A DNA stretch of 64,000 nucleotides from an uncultured Candidatus Saccharibacteria bacterium (GTDB taxonomy: Bacteria; Patescibacteriota; Dojkabacteria; CAZCSM01). Of the stretch, positions 54,633 to 64,000 are shown piece after piece. Position 1 is the stretch's first letter, and every line of letters begins with the position of its first letter. Position numbers and translations under genes: made by a program. Location of the stretch: contig CAZCSM010000002.1 of assembly GCA_964501355.1 (NCBI GenBank), positions 5,884 through 69,883 of the forward strand, given 5' to 3'. The notes beneath the pieces were generated by a model that made no database searches, had not been told where the DNA came from, and saw only the letters and a program-made list of their open reading frames with translations.

Positions 54633-56012
54633 ATGAACAAAAGTGCATCGTTAGAGAAAATACAATCTTGGGCAAAAAGAAAAGGATTTGTGTTTCCATG
54701 TTCAGAAATCTATGGAGGGTTAGCAAATTCTTGGGATTATGGTCCATATGGAGCGCTACTTAAGAACAATATTCGAGATTCATGGTGGAGACGATTTGTC
54801 GAACAACGTGAAGATGTAGTTGGACTTGATTCCAGCATTATTCTTAATCCAAAAGTTTGGGAGGCTTCCGGACATGTCGCCAGTTTCAAGGAAGCTTTAA
54901 TTGATTGTAAAAAATGTCGAAATAGAACTGCTGCGGAAAAACTTATAGAATCTGCAACAGGTGAAATAATGGATGGAAAGAGTGTTGAGGAGTTGAATAC
55001 TTTTATTCAAGAAAAAGAGTTGAAGTGTCCAGTGTGCGGATCTTTTGATTGGACTGAGGCAAGAATGTTTAGCAACCTGTTTGAAACTAGCATCGGTATT
55101 GTTAAAGAATCTGAATCAAAAGTGTACCTTCGAGGAGAAACTGCTCAAGGTATTTTCGTTAACTTCAAGCCAGTTGTTGAATCAATGCGGGTTCGAGTTC
55201 CTTTCGGAATTGCACAGGTGGGGAAGGCCTTCAGGAATGAAATTACAAAAGGGCAGTTCACTTTCAGAACTCTTGAATTCGAACAAATGGAAATTGAATA
55301 TTTTATTCATCCTGAATCTGATTGGGAATCTATTTTCGAAAGCTGGATGAATGAACTAACTGATTGGTATGAATCAATTGGTATTAGCAAAGAAAACATG
55401 CGGCAGAGAGAGCATGGTGATGAAGAGCGTTCTTTCTATTCAAAGCGAACCGTTGATCTGGAATATGAATTTGATTTCGGGTGGAAGGAACTATATGGGC
55501 AAGCATACCGAACTGATTATGACCTATCAAAACATACTGAATTTTCCGGAAAAGACTTGTCTTATAGAGATCCTAAAACCGGTGAGAAATATATCCCACA
55601 TGTTGTTGAACCTTCAACAGGACTTTCTCGAGCTATGCTTTGTGTAATGTATGATGCATATACTGAAGAAGATTTGGGGGATGGAAAGATGCGAACTGTG
55701 ATGAAGTTTGCACCAAGTGTTGCGCCGATTAAGGTTGCTATTCTTCCTCTTCAAAAAGACGATAATCTTCGTGCAAAATCAAGAGAAATTTTTGATGAGT
55801 TGAAGAAATCGTTTGTAGTTGAATATGATGATTCAGGGAGCATTGGTAAAAGCTATAGAAGGCAGGATGAAATCGGAACTCCGTTATGCGTTACGGTGGA
55901 TTTTGATTCTTTGGAAGATGGAGCTGTAACGGTGAGAGATAGAGATACAATGGCACAGGAGAGAATTAAGATTGAGGAACTGGAGAGGTATATTGCAGAA
56001 AAGGTAAAATAG
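54633..56012 (+). CDS. glyQS: glycine--tRNA ligase, alpha2 homodimeric type
   Basis: KRKGFVFPCSEIYGGLANSWDYGPYGALLKNNIRDSWW and class II motifs; Cys-rich insertion CKKCRN..CPVCGS; 459 aa. Confidence 0.85.
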   Translation: MNKSASLEKIQSWAKRKGFVFPCSEIYGGLANSWDYGPYGALLKNNIRDSWWRRFVEQREDVVGLDSSIILNPKVWEASGHVASFKEALIDCKKCRNRTAAEKLIESATGEIMDGKSVEELNTFIQEKELKCPVCGSFDWTEARMFSNLFETSIGIVKESESKVYLRGETAQGIFVNFKPVVESMRVRVPFGIAQVGKAFRNEITKGQFTFRTLEFEQMEIEYFIHPESDWESIFESWMNELTDWYESIGISKENMRQREHGDEERSFYSKRTVDLEYEFDFGWKELYGQAYRTDYDLSKHTEFSGKDLSYRDPKTGEKYIPHVVEPSTGLSRAMLCVMYDAYTEEDLGDGKMRTVMKFAPSVAPIKVAILPLQKDDNLRAKSREIFDELKKSFVVEYDDSGSIGKSYRRQDEIGTPLCVTVDFDSLEDGAVTVRDRDTMAQERIKIEELERYIAEKVK

Positions 56013-56018
56013 CTTAAT

Positions 56019-56046
56019 GTAGAGACGTAGCATGCTACGTCTCTAC
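56019..56046. terminator. 28-nt perfect palindrome gtagagacgtagca/tgctacgtctctac after glyQS stop; shares the arm aatgtagagacg with 1375-1406
   Basis: read directly; no T-run, so the terminator role is tentative. Confidence 0.4.
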
Positions 56047-56144
56047 GAGCTGTCTGGTAACAAATATTATAGGTTTGACATACATTTATATCCATGATAT
56101 AAAGGATACAATCTTAAATCGAGTATTTAAGAGGTCAAACCTTT

Positions 56145-56180
56145 GCCGCGAACGATATTCAACGTTCGCGGCTTTATTTT
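56145..56180 (+). terminator. rho-independent terminator
   Basis: gccgcgaacg-atattcaa-cgttcgcggc followed by TTTATTTT. Confidence 0.6.
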
Positions 56181-56249
56181 CTTCCTTTGTGAATGTATTG
56201 AAATTTTTGGTTCAATGCACGGCTTGACTCGTATTTTCGACAGTGTTTA

Positions 56250-56420
56250 ACTAACAGTGACGGTATTCCTTCCTATAAAGGAAGGCGGTGCACTGAGCTT
56301 GTCGAATGTGTGCCGAATGAAATGAGGCGGAAGGTGTTTCCTTATTCACGACAGTTGAAAACACACCCCGATTCGCCAACCGCGAATCGCCCCTCTTTCT
56401 AGAGGGGAAACGAAGAGCCG
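56250..56420. repeat. second cluster of short palindromic hairpin units (ccttcc-tataaa-ggaagg; cgattcgc-caac-cgcgaatcg; cccctc-tttctag-agggg)
   Basis: read directly; same unit families as the 40340-40900 cluster. Confidence 0.6.
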
Positions 56421-56498
56421 GATAATGGTGATTTACTTACTTGTCAATCTCAGTCTTTACTGATAGCATCGAAGTATCGTTTAGAAATTATTGAAATA

Positions 56499-57029
56499 AT
56501 GCAAAATCATAAACAATTTCGAGGTGTAGATCTCAAAAGATTTGTTCGAAAAAATAAAACACAAAAAGATTTCGAGCTCGTTCTAATCCTACTCAATCTC
56601 TCCTATGCGACAAATGTCGCTGCAGTTTTCCGAACTGCAGATGCGTTCTCTGTGGATAAAATGTATTTAATTGGTTGTACTACAACACCTCCTTTCGGAA
56701 AAGCCATGGCATCCGTTTCTAGAGGAAAAGAAGGTTCTGTCTCTTGGGAATATTCTGAAACTTTTGAGAAGATTGCTGCGAAACTACACAAGGATAATTT
56801 CAAAATTTATGGGCTCGAGCTTGCAACCGATGCAAAGATTCTTTCGGATCTTAATTCGTCTGCGGGTTCAAAAATAGCTCTTGTCGTTGGTAATGAGGAA
56901 CACGGAATTCCGGACAAGCATTTGGCACTAATGGATGATGTCTTCTATATTCCGATGGGAGGGAAGGGGAAATCGCTTAATGTTTCTACAACTGCAGCGA
57001 TTGGGCTTTATCAAATTAGTCAAAATTAA
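56499..57029 (+). CDS. SpoU/TrmH-family RNA 2'-O-methyltransferase
   Basis: LILLNLSYATNVAAVFRTADAF and C-terminal LVVGNEEHGIPDKHLALMDDVFYIPMGGKGKSLNVSTTAAIGLY SPOUT knot motifs. Confidence 0.65.
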   Translation: MQNHKQFRGVDLKRFVRKNKTQKDFELVLILLNLSYATNVAAVFRTADAFSVDKMYLIGCTTTPPFGKAMASVSRGKEGSVSWEYSETFEKIAAKLHKDNFKIYGLELATDAKILSDLNSSAGSKIALVVGNEEHGIPDKHLALMDDVFYIPMGGKGKSLNVSTTAAIGLYQISQN

Positions 57030-57145
57030 AAAGGCAAAAGGAAAAAAGAAATAGTTTTCCGTAAAAGTATTTAAAGCATTTGGTTAGGAACGATAGATTC
57101 TCTATAAGAAAACTATTCACTACTTACTATTAACTATTCACTTTC

Positions 57146-58222
57146 CTACAATCTAATCTCTGCTTCAATAAATTCGTCTAACTTTCCATCTAGCACATCG
57201 TCTGGATTTGTTGATTCTACTTTTGTTCGCAAATCCTTTACCAATTTATACGGTTGAAGGATATAGTTTCGAATTTGGTTTCCCCATCCTGCCGTTTTAT
57301 ATTCTCCCTTTACTCGGGATAGTTCCGCTTCCTGTTTTTCTAATTCAATTTGTAATAACTTTCCCTTCAGCATTCGCATTGCATTCTCCCTGTTTTGTAA
57401 CTGACTTCTTTCACTTGAACAAGAAACTGCAATCCCTGTTGGAATGTGCTTTATTCGCACGGATGTCGAAACCTTATTTACATTTTGTCCTCCTTTGCCG
57501 CCTGAGCGAACTGCAGCAAATTCAATATCCTCATCTTTTATTTCAATATCTACGTCATCATCAACAATCGGAATTACCTCAACTCCGGCGAAAGATGTTT
57601 GTCTAAGACCTTGTGCATTAAATGGTGAAATGCGGACGAGTCTATGTGTTCCGTGCTCCTTCTTCAAATATCCGAAAGCATACCTTCCCTTTATCTCAAT
57701 TGTTACAGACGAATAACCAGTTTCTTGACCTCGAACTTCATCAACAATCTCTGCATCCCAATCTTGAATTTCAGCATATCGAAGATACATTCGAAGCAGC
57801 ATCGCGGTCCAATCCATCGCTTCGGTTCCTCCCTGACCTGCGTGAATTGTTAACACCGCATCGTATTTATCATACTTTCCGCCTAAGTATTTCTTTAATT
57901 CTAATTTATCTATTTCTTTATCGAGCTTTTCGACCTCGGCTACAATCTCTTGTTCCAAAGATTCGTCTCCAAGTTCACATAACTCAATAATATCGTTAAC
58001 TCTTTTCTCTACACTTTCCAAAGATTTGATTTCATTCTCAAGTCCACCGATTCGTTTCATTATCTTTTGTGCGTTTTCTTGATCATTCCAGAATCCTTCA
58101 TTCATAGATTTCATCTGCAAATCGCCGAATTCTGCCCTTAATCCATCAAGATCAATATATTCCAAAAGATTGGAAAAACGTTCTTTTACTTCTTCGATTT
58201 TACTATCAATAGGTGCTGACAT
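57146..58222 (-). CDS. prfB: peptide chain release factor 2 (no programmed frameshift; single continuous ORF)
   Basis: SPF tripeptide (RISPFNAQG), GGQ motif RSGGKGGQNVNK, 358 aa. Confidence 0.8.
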   Translation of the reverse strand: MSAPIDSKIEEVKERFSNLLEYIDLDGLRAEFGDLQMKSMNEGFWNDQENAQKIMKRIGGLENEIKSLESVEKRVNDIIELCELGDESLEQEIVAEVEKLDKEIDKLELKKYLGGKYDKYDAVLTIHAGQGGTEAMDWTAMLLRMYLRYAEIQDWDAEIVDEVRGQETGYSSVTIEIKGRYAFGYLKKEHGTHRLVRISPFNAQGLRQTSFAGVEVIPIVDDDVDIEIKDEDIEFAAVRSGGKGGQNVNKVSTSVRIKHIPTGIAVSCSSERSQLQNRENAMRMLKGKLLQIELEKQEAELSRVKGEYKTAGWGNQIRNYILQPYKLVKDLRTKVESTNPDDVLDGKLDEFIEAEIRL

Positions 58223-58224
58223 AG

Positions 58225-59226
58225 TTATTTATTTAATTTATGAAAGCCCAGTCCTGCCACCATAGCAGCGTTATCCATACACATTTTAATGTCCGGATAA
58301 CGAACGTCAAAGCCCATTTCGTCTCCCATTCGAACCATTTTCTCTCGTAATCTCGAGTTTGCGGCAACTCCGCCAGCTAGTGTTATCATCTCAACAGATT
58401 TTGAAGCAGCTGCTCTAAATGTCTTCTCAACAAGTACATCAACTACGGCCTCCTGAAAAGATGCTGCTATATCTGCTTTCCAATTATACATCAATTGATC
58501 TTGAATCTCTTCTGAAAGTGCTTCGTTATTCGGTTTACTCTTCTTCACCTCATACAAAACAGCCGTTTTAAGTCCAGAGAAACTGAAATCAAAATCGTCC
58601 CGATCAAGTAACGGACGCGGAAATTTGATAAATTCTGCATCTCCATCTTGTGCCATCTTATCGATTACCGGTCCACCTGGATATGGCAGATCAAGCAGTC
58701 TTGCGACCTTGTCATATGCTTCGCCTGCAGCATCATCGATAGTTGAACCAAGTACATCATATTCCGTTGGTGATTTGACGTAGAGAATACTTGTGTGTCC
58801 ACCAGAAACTAAAAGACAAATATGAGGGTAACTAATTTCTTCCATTCCTTCCTCAACTGGCATTAATGAGTTTGCATATACGTGTGCTTCCAAATGATTA
58901 ATTGGAATTGCTGGAATTCCCGCCGCAAGAGCCAGCGCTTTCGCATGAGAGATCCCGACTAAGAGTGCTGGCATAAGTCCCGGTTCTTTTGTATAAGCAA
59001 TCCCATCAATATCTTCCATCTTCAAATTCGCCTCGGTTAGAGCCTGTTCGATTACCGGAGTTAAAAGTTCTAAATGTTTTCTTGAAGCAAGTTCAGGGAT
59101 TACTCCTCCGTATTCTGCAAACAAGTCGGCCTGGCTTGCTACAACTGAAGACAGAATTTCCTTTCCGTCTTTCACGATTGAGGCGGCTGTTTCATCGCAA
59201 CTGGTTTCAATTCCTAAAATATTCAT
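58225..59226 (-). CDS. tsaD: tRNA N6-adenosine threonylcarbamoyltransferase
   Basis: MNILGIETSCDETAASIV start, HxxxH-like metal motif HLEAHVYAN, 333 aa Kae1/TsaD family. Confidence 0.85.
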   Translation of the reverse strand: MNILGIETSCDETAASIVKDGKEILSSVVASQADLFAEYGGVIPELASRKHLELLTPVIEQALTEANLKMEDIDGIAYTKEPGLMPALLVGISHAKALALAAGIPAIPINHLEAHVYANSLMPVEEGMEEISYPHICLLVSGGHTSILYVKSPTEYDVLGSTIDDAAGEAYDKVARLLDLPYPGGPVIDKMAQDGDAEFIKFPRPLLDRDDFDFSFSGLKTAVLYEVKKSKPNNEALSEEIQDQLMYNWKADIAASFQEAVVDVLVEKTFRAAASKSVEMITLAGGVAANSRLREKMVRMGDEMGFDVRYPDIKMCMDNAAMVAGLGFHKLNK

Positions 59227-59350
59227 AAAGCTTTGTAATTTGTAGTTATTTATGAGAAATTATAACAGAGGATTATCATAGTAGAAAGGAGATGTTGTTC
59301 TATATTGTGGTTCTAGATATAATCCGATTTAATATTTAATAAATTGTCAG

Positions 59351-60736
59351 ATGGATTCTCATAAAAAATTATTACTCGCTGGATTGTTTGTTATCTCTCT
59401 TGCCATGCCATCCATTCTCTTCGCACAAGGATATACAGATGAATACGGGTTCAAGCAGTCGTATTCTTCTATCCCGACAGAAGTTACGAAGGGAGAAAAC
59501 TTTACGGTAGTTTTGCATTTCGAAAATGTTCCTGACCCTACGGCTCAAAATCAAGGATATATTTTGCAAAATTGTATGATCCAGTCCGGTTTTGCTGACG
59601 GAAGAGATGCGGGAGAACCTGCGGTAGATTTTGTTAGCGGTTATGCTCAACTAGAAGATGGTTCGAAATATTCTTTTACCAAAACAGGAACGGCAACAAT
59701 GCCTGTTATTAGCTTCGATGTTAATGCAGGAGATGATGTTTGGATAAAGGAAGGTAAATCTGCTACAGCAAGTTTTGTACTTAGCACCAGCAAGAGTGTA
59801 ATTAAAGAGACTGATGAGATTTATTTGAATTTGAGCTGTGGGTATAAGGGTGATTTTACACAAATGGAACTTAGTCCTGGAGTTGCAGTAAATCCTCCAC
59901 ACATAAGTATCGTTCCACCTGTGGTTGTAGAACCAGAAATCGAAGATGTTATTACTGGTAATGATATGGACGAACATGGGTGCATTCCATCTGCGGGAAC
60001 GCAATGGTGTGAGAGTTTGCAGAAATGTTATAGAAGCTGGGAGGAGGATTGTCCTGTTGTTACTCCGACACCTGAACCTGAGGAAGATACTGTTTTAACA
60101 ATTGATTTAATTGAGCAGGTTCAGGATTCGTTAGAAATATACTTTGATGATAACTCTACATTAGATGCGGTTACAAATTTTAATATCACTGATGATGAGT
60201 TTGGAATAATTGCCTTTTCAAGTGTTTTGGATTTCAGTGAGGAAGGTGTTGTTGATGAATTAAATAATTTAAAAAATGCTGTTTTTATCGATGAAGGAAT
60301 AATAGATATTGATACAACAAAGGTTTCTGCTCTTGCTGATAAACCTGCTATGATAACTATGAATGGGTTAAGTTTTATAGAAACACCAAGAATTCTTGTT
60401 GATGGAAAAGAAGATGCCGAAGGAATTATTTCGAATATTCAATATGATTTAGAAACTGGAACGTTAACATTTGACGTTACACATTTTACTCGTTTTGAAG
60501 CAGTTGCATCTGAAGAGGAGTCTGTTAAGGTTGAAGATACAGTTATCGCTACAGATGATTCTGACGAACTAACACTTGACCAAGAACGACAAATTTTTAC
60601 AATAGCACTTTCAGTGGTTTTGGCAGTTACAGTTCCTGCCATGGTTTTGCTGAAGAAATGGTTTGTGAAAGAGAAGATGTCTGCAAAAGAATCTAAGAAA
60701 GAAGAAAAGGAAGAGATTCATGATATTACCGCATAG
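59351..60736 (+). CDS. secreted/cell-surface protein with signal peptide and C-terminal TM anchor plus Lys/Glu-rich tail
   Basis: MDSHKKLLLAGLFVISLAMPSILFA signal-like start; PVVTPTPEPEED linker; C-terminal IALSVVLAVTVPAMVLL then KKWFVKEKMSAKESKKEEKEE. Confidence 0.65.
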   Translation: MDSHKKLLLAGLFVISLAMPSILFAQGYTDEYGFKQSYSSIPTEVTKGENFTVVLHFENVPDPTAQNQGYILQNCMIQSGFADGRDAGEPAVDFVSGYAQLEDGSKYSFTKTGTATMPVISFDVNAGDDVWIKEGKSATASFVLSTSKSVIKETDEIYLNLSCGYKGDFTQMELSPGVAVNPPHISIVPPVVVEPEIEDVITGNDMDEHGCIPSAGTQWCESLQKCYRSWEEDCPVVTPTPEPEEDTVLTIDLIEQVQDSLEIYFDDNSTLDAVTNFNITDDEFGIIAFSSVLDFSEEGVVDELNNLKNAVFIDEGIIDIDTTKVSALADKPAMITMNGLSFIETPRILVDGKEDAEGIISNIQYDLETGTLTFDVTHFTRFEAVASEEESVKVEDTVIATDDSDELTLDQERQIFTIALSVVLAVTVPAMVLLKKWFVKEKMSAKESKKEEKEEIHDITA

Positions 60737-60751
60737 AAGTTTCAGTTGTAC

Positions 60752-60782
60752 AAAAGGGGCAGGCTGGAGGCCTGCCCCTTTT
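60752..60782. terminator. bidirectional rho-independent terminator between convergent genes
   Basis: aaaaggggcaggc-tggag-gcctgcccctttt: perfect 13-bp stem flanked by A-run and T-run. Confidence 0.75.
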
Positions 60783-60784
60783 GT

Positions 60785-61339
60785 TTAAAACTTCAAAATA
60801 TACTTCCTATATTCTTTATTATCATTTGTAAAATCGGAATCATATTTCAATCCCGCACGTTCCTGCACTCCATATGATTTTTCATTTCCTTTTCTCACTC
60901 TTGCCCAAACTGATTTGAAACCAGCATTTTTATCAACATCAATCATGGCTTTTACTGCATTTGTCATAATTCCCGGATAATCTTCACTTGCCCAGTATCC
61001 AATTTCCGCACCGTCACAATCATTTGATTTCGTATCAACAGCTGCAACTATTTCCCCTTCAGAATTTCGTACCAAAAATACAAAGTGGGTATTTTCGTCC
61101 CAACCCTTTTTCGCCCACTCGATAAAGCCTTTCGCCTTCTCAATCGGATAGGGTTTTCCTTCAAGCTTTTCTTTAAATAGGTAATCGTAAACAGCTTCTT
61201 CATTACAAATCTTTCTAATCTGTTCGTAATCGTTGTTTGTAATATTCATTTTATCAACTCGCCAAAGTTGACAAAGATCACCTGTTTTGAAATTTGTTAT
61301 TTCGATATATTTGAAGTCTGGATATTGTGGTGTGTTCAT
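60785..61339 (-). CDS. GNAT-like acetyltransferase candidate / hypothetical
   Basis: 184 aa; central HFVFLVRNSEGEIVAAV..GAEIGYWASEDYPGIMTNAV resembles GNAT beta-strand/CoA pocket region; weak. Confidence 0.4.
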   Translation of the reverse strand: MNTPQYPDFKYIEITNFKTGDLCQLWRVDKMNITNNDYEQIRKICNEEAVYDYLFKEKLEGKPYPIEKAKGFIEWAKKGWDENTHFVFLVRNSEGEIVAAVDTKSNDCDGAEIGYWASEDYPGIMTNAVKAMIDVDKNAGFKSVWARVRKGNEKSYGVQERAGLKYDSDFTNDNKEYRKYILKF

Positions 61340-61992
61340 CCTATCTTTGTTGTATTAATATATAGAGGTTTCAGCGCAATAATGTCGTCGAATAAATTAT
61401 TCTGAGCTCTGCCATCTGCAATTTGCGCGATGAATCTCGATAAGATTTGATCTCGTTCATCAGTCTTTGCTTGTCCTTGGAATGCTTCCAAAAGGGCATC
61501 TTTATTTGCTGTTGTACCTGTTCCGACAAAGACATAATTCTTGTCTTCTTGGGACAATTCATGAATTATCTCCACAATATCTTTACATCCTTGTTCATTA
61601 TCAAACTGATAATAAACACGGTTATTTCGTGCATCGATTAATGGAATAATTTTAAAATCAGTATCTGCATAATCTTCATCAATTACTTCTATTAAAGCTT
61701 CAAAGCTATTTATTCCAACAATTGGAATGTTTAATCCTTGTGCTAAACCTTTTGCGGTGGCAATGCCGACCCTTGTTCCTGTGTATGATCCCGGACCAGT
61801 TCCAACTGCGATAAGTTCAATCTCTTCGAGTTCAATCATTGCCTTTTCCAGCAAATCTTCAATTTCTGTTGTCAAAACTTCAGAGACACCTTTCAGCGTT
61901 GGCAACGGCTTTTCCCAGATTCTATCAAGTTCAGTATCAAGAATTGATAAATCTGCGGTTTCGCCTGAAGTTTCTAATGATAATATTTTCAT
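61336..61992 (-). CDS. tsaB: tRNA threonylcarbamoyladenosine biosynthesis protein TsaB (start placed at MKILSLETSG)
   Basis: MKILSLETSGETADLSIL YeaZ/TsaB N-terminus; ~218 aa from this start; 4-nt overlap with downstream gene. Confidence 0.75.
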   Translation of the reverse strand: MKILSLETSGETADLSILDTELDRIWEKPLPTLKGVSEVLTTEIEDLLEKAMIELEEIELIAVGTGPGSYTGTRVGIATAKGLAQGLNIPIVGINSFEALIEVIDEDYADTDFKIIPLIDARNNRVYYQFDNEQGCKDIVEIIHELSQEDKNYVFVGTGTTANKDALLEAFQGQAKTDERDQILSRFIAQIADGRAQNNLFDDIIALKPLYINTTKIG

Positions 61993-62003
61993 GTTTGATA
62001 ATT

Positions 62004-62543
62004 CTAAATCTGTTTTTCTCTTCCTTTGGACACAACTCGTCCGCCTTGCCATTGACCACGATATGCGGCAGTTTCTCCTTTAACTTCCATGAAGATAATG
62101 TGAGCATATCTAGCTCCCATCTCTATTTCAAATTCGCAAGGCCCTGCATTATAAATCCCAAAGTTCAAGATTCCTGAATAGCCGGGATCGATTTCTCCCG
62201 CTCGAAGCAAAACGCCGGATCTAAATAATGTTGTTCTTGGTTTTACAAATGCAATTAAATTATTGGGCATATTTACACTTTCAACTGTTTGCGTGAGGTA
62301 ATATTCACCTGGTTTAATAACAAACGTTCTTCTTTCCTCGGGATTGAATGATGCAACTTCTTCGATATCAACAGTTTCTCTTTCGTCAATTCCTAAAAAT
62401 GTTCGACCTTTTAGTTTGTATAATTTATCAAGTCTTAAATCAAAACCTGCGCCTTCAGGGGTTTCCAATTCTCGATCACAAAGGTTCTCCACAAGTTTAT
62501 TTTCCTTAACAAGTTTGTGAAGTTCAGATATTCCTAAAATCAT
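62004..62543 (-). CDS. dcd: dCTP deaminase / dUTPase-superfamily enzyme
   Basis: MILGISELHKLV.., FVKPRTTLFRSGVLLRAGEIDPGYSGILNFGIYNAGP resembles Dcd motifs; 179 aa. Confidence 0.65.
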   Translation of the reverse strand: MILGISELHKLVKENKLVENLCDRELETPEGAGFDLRLDKLYKLKGRTFLGIDERETVDIEEVASFNPEERRTFVIKPGEYYLTQTVESVNMPNNLIAFVKPRTTLFRSGVLLRAGEIDPGYSGILNFGIYNAGPCEFEIEMGARYAHIIFMEVKGETAAYRGQWQGGRVVSKGREKQI

Positions 62544-62553
62544 GATTTTAATC

Positions 62554-62991
62554 TTAATTTAAATTAGCTTCGGAAATTTCAATTTCCCGAATTTGGTCAT
62601 CGATATATGCAAACTTTATCCAGATTGCATTTTTCGGAACAATTTCTTCTGCTCGTTCCGGCCACTCTATTGCAACAATTGCTTCAGGATTTCCAATAAC
62701 ATCTTCTAAATCCATGCCATCTAAATCCTTAGCACTGTTCATTCTGTATAAATCCAGATGATAAAAATCCGGTGCATTTTCCCGTTCGTAAATTTTCATA
62801 ACAACGAAGGTTGGGCTTACGATTTGTTCTTCGATTCCAAGAGCTTTTGCGATCCCTTTTGTGAAGTGTGTTTTCCCGCCACCTAAGTCTCCGGTTAGAC
62901 AAACGACATCTCCGCCCTTTAATTTTTGCCCAAGCTTTTCTCCAAGCAGAATAGTCTCGTCTGCTGATTTTGTAATAAATGTTTCTACCAT
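62554..62991 (-). CDS. tsaE: tRNA threonylcarbamoyladenosine biosynthesis ATPase TsaE
   Basis: VVCLTGDLGGGKTHFTKGIAKALG P-loop and SPTFVVMKIYE motif of the YjeE/TsaE family; 145 aa. Confidence 0.8.
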   Translation of the reverse strand: MVETFITKSADETILLGEKLGQKLKGGDVVCLTGDLGGGKTHFTKGIAKALGIEEQIVSPTFVVMKIYERENAPDFYHLDLYRMNSAKDLDGMDLEDVIGNPEAIVAIEWPERAEEIVPKNAIWIKFAYIDDQIREIEISEANLN

Positions 62992-63227
62992 CTTTTCTCC
63001 CCCGGTTTTAATCTGTAGGTAATTTTGATAAATTCTTCATAGCCAAGCATCATCCCAAGTGCAGGATTTACAAGAGTCCACTTTGCAGTTCTTTTCATAC
63101 TTCGTTTCTTATATTTATGAGTGTTGGCGACCATATATCCCTGATTTGCCATTTCTCTGTTTGACTGATTAATTGCAAAGTTATCTGAAGATTTGAATTC
63201 TTTGACAATTTCGTTCGGCTTTATCAT
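62985..63227 (-). CDS. small basic hypothetical protein (80 aa)
   Basis: ORF tightly packed between tsaE and downstream membrane gene (overlaps both by a few nt). Confidence 0.4.
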   Translation of the reverse strand: MIKPNEIVKEFKSSDNFAINQSNREMANQGYMVANTHKYKKRSMKRTAKWTLVNPALGMMLGYEEFIKITYRLKPGEKRW

Positions 63228-63721
63228 TATTCCCCGTAATATTTTTCACCTGTAATAATTGCCCAACCTTTTCTTGCAAATCGGTGTTCTATTTCAGCAA
63301 TTACACCCGATTTGAACAAGATTCCCGCAGAAAAAAGAATTCCTATCGAATCAATTAGTACATCTACCAGACTTCCAACTCTCGTTGGAACAAGAGATTG
63401 GTGATATTCATCAAAAGCTGCATAAAGAATCGTTGCAAGTACGGCAATTGTTAACAAAAGGCCTTCTATCATTATCGATGCATCAAAATCTTTTCGTAAC
63501 TCAAATTGTCTAACCTTCGTTCTAACGGTCCAAAGTAGGGATCTGTATGTTAGAATGGTTTGTATTGCAAAGAAGAAAACATGTGCGGCTTTTCGTAAAA
63601 TCATATCCCATTGGTTTTCTACAATATGTAGATCCGGCTGTTCGGAAAGATAGAAAATGATTGCTGCCCATGCAATCGTGCTTGCCCAGTAGTAGACGAG
63701 ACTGATTGATCGTTTTGACAT
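63227..63721 (-). CDS. VanZ-like multi-TM membrane protein candidate (start placed at MSKRSISL)
   Basis: 4 hydrophobic helices, N-terminal WASTIAWAAIIFYLSEQP resembles VanZ-family start; ORF track start 63868 adds 49 non-homologous residues. Confidence 0.4.
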   Translation of the reverse strand: MSKRSISLVYYWASTIAWAAIIFYLSEQPDLHIVENQWDMILRKAAHVFFFAIQTILTYRSLLWTVRTKVRQFELRKDFDASIMIEGLLLTIAVLATILYAAFDEYHQSLVPTRVGSLVDVLIDSIGILFSAGILFKSGVIAEIEHRFARKGWAIITGEKYYGE

Positions 63722-63883
63722 TGTATTATCATTGGAAATTAAGTTAGTAATATTGTAGCAGAAATATGAAAGAGATGGGAGAGAAGAAAATATTGTATAA
63801 GTTGCGATACATGTTACGAATCGTAAATAGAGGACCTGCTTCAGAATAACGACAATTTTAGTAATCATACGAAAACAAAGTTC

Positions 63884-64000
63884 TTTCTCTCATACTTTTG
63901 AGACCAAAAGTATACAAAAGTCTTGGGGTGAATAAGTGCCCTTCGTACACGAACTAATTACAAATAGCAACCGGCATCATTCACCCCAAACCCCAGATTT
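63884..64000 (+). ncRNA. copy F of repeated structured element family, truncated by window end
   Basis: atacttttgagaccaaaagtat hairpin (compensatory A:T swap relative to copy A), helix cttggggtgaataagtg / catcattcaccccaa, caaatagcaaccggcatc. Confidence 0.45.

Noticed and set aside
57146-58222. Programmed +1 frameshift expected in prfB
   Set aside because: RF2 is encoded as one continuous 358-aa ORF beginning with the normal N-terminus. No CTT TGA C frameshift site is needed.
1-64000. Alternative genetic code (UGA recoding) suggested by the CPR-like repeat content and small-genome gene set
   Set aside because: TGA terminates many well-defined genes (for example 28605-28607 and 54045-54047), RF2 is present, and no in-frame TGA interrupts conserved proteins.

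Overview
This is a low-GC (about 35%), densely coded bacterial chromosomal segment using the standard genetic code: TGA ends many genes and an intact RF2 (prfB) is present. All gene calls rest on motif recognition in the supplied ORF translations; no database search was run.

Most of the window (about 4.6-49.3 kb) is one large cell-surface glycan biosynthesis supercluster:
- Nucleotide-sugar supply: galE, a GalU-like uridylyltransferase, glmS, gmd, fcl, an Rmd-like reductase, a GHMP sugar kinase divergent from a ManC-like NDP-sugar pyrophosphorylase, and a cytidylyltransferase-like enzyme.
- Assembly: at least 12 glycosyltransferases (GT1, GT2 and GT4, including a GT4+GT2 fusion and two tandem GT4 paralogs), two GT-C-like polytopic membrane proteins, two SAM methyltransferases, a PglC/WbaP-type initiating phosphoglycosyltransferase and a Wzx-like flippase candidate.
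- Export: a Wzm/Wzt ABC exporter operon. Wzt carries a C-terminal extra domain. The last gene of the operon is a SAM-methyltransferase fused to a tandem-repeat coiled coil, the architecture of WbdD-type chain terminator / molecular-ruler proteins.
- Regulation: two sensor histidine kinases and two orphan receiver proteins are embedded in the locus.

The flanks are housekeeping genes (recO, glyQS preceded by a glycine T-box leader, a SpoU/TrmH methyltransferase, prfB, tsaD/tsaB/tsaE, dcd) and PT-linker surface proteins with C-terminal membrane anchors.

The most unusual content is non-coding:
- six same-orientation copies of a 140-200 nt element with a conserved hairpin, loop and tail plus a long-range helix that covaries between copies, not recognised as any known RNA family;
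- three small four-helix-bundle (TIGR02436-like) genes, each sitting between inverted repeats, one inserted between wzm and wzt;
- AT-rich modular repeats upstream of several GT genes;
- families of short palindromic hairpins, some inserted in-frame into glycosyltransferase ORFs.

No CRISPR array, rRNA, tRNA or classical transposase was found.
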